From Piromyces finnis finn (taxonomy: Eukaryota; Fungi; Neocallimastigomycota): DNA of 64,000 nt. This document shows positions 60,816 to 64,000 of the stretch, one piece after another; the stretch's first letter is position 1, and each line of letters starts with the position of its first letter. Under the pieces are notes generated by a model. It saw nothing but the letters and a program-made list of their open reading frames with translations, searched no databases and was not told where the DNA came from. The DNA lies in the NCBI GenBank assembly GCA_002104945.1, contig MCFH01000065.1, forward strand, positions 186,001 through 250,000, written 5' to 3'. Position numbers and translations under genes: made by a program.

Positions 60816-61471
60816 TACCCTAACGTATTCTTGGATTTCGTTAGGTAATTGTTATTGTAAAGTCGACACAAAAGAATAGATTAGGATATCTATTCTATTA
60901 CAATAACACTAAAGATTTATATAAAATTGTTTTGTTAAAAAAATATCTTTTATTATAATAGAAATTTTATTAATAACAATTACATTGATAAAATGATGAA
61001 AAATATCTTCTATTTATATTTTTCCTAAATACATTTATATTATATTATAACTATTTATTTCTTATATATTATTATTTAAAATCTACACTAAAATCTTAAT
61101 TATTAATAAATATTTAAACTATAACTATTTTTAGTAAAATACAATTGGCAATTCAAATTAAGTACTATTCAATTTGAATATGTGCCCATGTATTATTGAT
61201 ATATTAAACATTTAATAATTATATACTAGATGTCTATTTCTATTACAAAACAATACTAAAACTAGGGGTTTGAATTGAGAATTTTAATTTATTTGTTAAA
61301 CATTAAGAATAAACTAATAATTTATTTTGTTTTAAACTTTAATTATTAATAAATAAATTATGTCCCATTTTCTTTTTCTGTAATATAATTCGTGTAACTT
61401 AAACAATGATATTTATGGCTTAAGTTACATTAAAGATATCAATCTGTGGCGTTTGATATCTTTACAAAAAG

Positions 61472-61930
61472 TTTATAAAAAAACAGATTATAAAATTTTA
61501 CAATAAAACATAAAACACGAAATAAATAAAAAGAAACAAGAAAAACAAAATCTATTTAAAAATATCTCTTTTATTAATTTTATTTAGTTATTAACTAAAT
61601 AATAGTCAATAACAATTACGTCGTTTTAATCAAGAAATTTTACATGCATTTATATTTTTCGTAAATTATATTTTAATATACTATTCTATTTAATTATACA
61701 TATATTCAATATAAAATAAACAAAACTAATTTAATACTAATTTAATTAAATAATAAAATAATAAAACTAAACTAAAACTAATTAAATACACTTTTGATTC
61801 AATTTGAGTAAACTGCAAATTGAATACAGTCCATGTATTACCTATATATTAATTAAATATTAACAATACTATTTATTATATATTTATAATTAAAAATACT
61901 AATTTAAAACTACGCTAAAGTTATTAAACT
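61472..61930 (-). repeat. Diverged LTR-B-related fragment (B'); its first 8 bp lie at 24629-24636
   Basis: Joining TGTAAAAG (24629-24636) to TTTATAAAAAAACAGA.. gives a B-like LTR end. It retains AATAACAATTAC and the TTCAATTTGAGTAAAC hairpin. Confidence 0.75.
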
Positions 61931-61932
61931 TA

Positions 61933-62397
61933 TTGCTACCAATTGCATTATGGGCTATTCGAACTTGTAAATATGTTTCTACTGGTTATTCAAGTTTTGA
62001 ACTATTGTATGGAAGATCAGAAAATATCCCAATAGATATTAATATAAGAAATTCAATATTAAGTATAGAAGAAAGATCAATAGAGGAACTATTAACGGAA
62101 AGATTTATAGACCACGCCAAATGGGTAAAACAAGCTGCCAGTAAAATGCTAGGGACGATAAATTATTGGAAAAGTAGAAGATTAGCTCAACAAAGTATGA
62201 ACAATAAAAATAATTATAAAATAGGAGATAAGGTAAAGATTAGGAACCAACAAAGAAACAAGTTAGAACCCTATTTTATTGGTCCTTTAATTATTAGAGA
62301 AATATCTTGGAACACAGTTAAATTACAAGATGAACTGACAGGACAATATCTAGAAAGAAATGTCCATTTTAAAAATATATTACCATTCAGGGAGTAG
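61933..62397 (+). pseudogene. Gypsy-A integrase C-terminal part
   Basis: LPIALWAIRT..STGYSSFELLYGR and KIGDKV...KLEPYFIGP (GPY/F-like module), followed by a stop. Confidence 0.8.
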
Positions 62398-62735
62398 AAA
62401 TAAAATAAAATAAAATAAAATTATAAATGCATTAAAATATATATATACTAACTATATAAGTATATAATAATAAGTAAGAAGAAAATTGATAACTTAGTAG
62501 ATTAATAATTTTATTAATTATTAATAATAATAGAAAGATATATACATATATATAAACAAAACAAAACAAAACAAAAAAAATTTTAAATATAAAAATTTTT
62601 ATAAAAATTTTAAATTTTTTTATATATAATTATAAAAATATTTCAATATAAATTTTATTAAATTATTTGGCATATAATTATTTTAATTATATCAAATAAT
62701 TAATAATTATAGCTCAATTCTAGCAGGGAAGTTTC

Positions 62736-63321
62736 TGATATGAAACTCATATGTCTAGCTACATATTAGCCAATATTTAAAATAATTTTTATTATTTAAA
62801 ATATTCAATTTCATATTTAAAAATTTATATATAATATTTCATAATAATAATAATATAATAATTGATACATTATGTATATATTAATTATAGAATTCATGTA
62901 CATATTTCATTACATTCTTAAATATTAATATTATATATTAGTATTTGTTCATTATTAAATGTAGAGTTACATTTTATTGTAATACTTATTTGTATTACAT
63001 TACCTTTCCTTATATAGTAATATTTCATATAAAATGTAAAATATATTATACTATATCCGATTTAATTATTATTCATATATTATGAATACATTACATTATA
63101 TAATCAATTATATGTAAAGGAATTTTATAATATAAAAATATTCATGTAAAAATAATTAATAATTAGAAAGAGAAGAGTTTTAATAATTAATAAGAAAATA
63201 TTATAAGTGAAATTACTAATAAGAGAGAAGTTAATAATAGTAATAAAGTATTTTCACCTAATATAATAAATTATAAATAAACTAATATTAAATGCCTACA
63301 ACATAAAAGAAACATATATCA
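62736..63321 (+). repeat. Full-length LTR-A (586 bp), probable 3' LTR of gypsy-A
   Basis: TGATAT...ATATCA termini, ~340 bp downstream of the integrase stop and preceded by purine-rich AGCAGGGAAG (62722-62731). Confidence 0.75.
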
Positions 63322-64000
63322 AAACACATATCATAGTTCATATCACAGGTTAAGTTTGAATTATTTTATATTAATTAGAGTTTGATAAAAATTTAATACT
63401 AGTTTATTAAAATTTACTAAAAAATTTTTTATTAATCATTTAAATTTTGAAATTAGCCAAAAGTCTTTATACTTTATGAATATAAAAATCAAAAATTTTA
63501 ATTGGAATTTGGACCAGACATAAAATAGTGATTAATATGAATGTCATTAAAATATAGACATTATATTAGCCAACATTGAATATTTTGATTACAACAACTT
63601 TTATAATATGAACATTCTTTACATCAAATTTAAATCTATATTTAATACGGTCAATACAAAAAAATCCATGTAAAAGAGAAATAATATGTAATATAATAAA
63701 ATAAAAGCATATAAACGGACATACAATTTTTATAATTTTTATCTTTTATTAAATTGTGTATATAAAACATGGAAAACTTATGTATATTTAATACAATAAA
63801 AACTATATTATTAAATAACACTTTATTATAATATTATTATAATCTAATATGTAAGTTATTAATGTCTTATAAATGATTATTAAATAAGTAATTACAATGA
63901 ATTTATGAAAAATTTTAATAAATATATATTATAAATACGACTAATTACAATGAAAATCCATTGTATATGATATTATTAGAACATGTGATTTATTCATACA

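Larger units (their letters stand above)
24637..61466 (-). mobile_element. Chromovirus copy 2 (Ty3/gypsy, Tf1/sushi-like), interrupted by two LARDs
   Basis: TSD AAAAG (24632-24636 and 61467-61471). The 5' LTR is 60856-61466 and the 3' LTR is split into 24637-25032 plus 49490-49703. PBS lies at 60844-60855 and the PPT just inside 49704. Confidence 0.9.

Noticed and set aside
23276-63321. A giant composite transposon bounded by inverted LTR-A ends
   Set aside because: There is no TSD outside the two ends. The left copy is truncated and fused to RNase H sequence, which fits an independent insertion plus deletion better.

Overview
This is extremely AT-rich eukaryotic DNA with GT-AG introns. It most resembles an anaerobic gut fungus (Neocallimastigomycota), which is an inference from composition, intron style, a flagellar BBIP10-like domain and fungal-type chromoviruses. 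The first ~23 kb hold a decayed ABCA transporter, a palindromic cluster of solo LTRs, an intact lone protein-primed family-B DNA polymerase behind a perfect 43-bp hairpin, a decayed LINE, an LRR gene, an RGS gene, a BBIP10-domain gene and a FHIT/HNT2 gene with a 5-nt micro-exon. Bases ~23.3-63.3 kb are one retrotransposon nest about seven layers deep, largely resolvable from target-site duplications (TSDs). It contains an old gypsy, two Tf1/sushi-like chromoviruses (one intact), a copia and three ~6.1-6.4 kb non-coding LTR elements (LARDs). The most striking observation is that each LARD carries an array of eight structured hairpins. Their core (GAC-A-[stem-loop]-ANNGA-GUC plus a bulge) also occurs twice, with compensatory changes, near the 5' end of the autonomous chromoviruses (5' UTR and start of gag). 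The parasite appears to have multimerised a cis-acting RNA signal of its helper, plausibly a packaging signal. Helper and LARD also share a tRNA-independent self-priming PBS, while the copia PBS matches a half tRNA-Lys(CUU).
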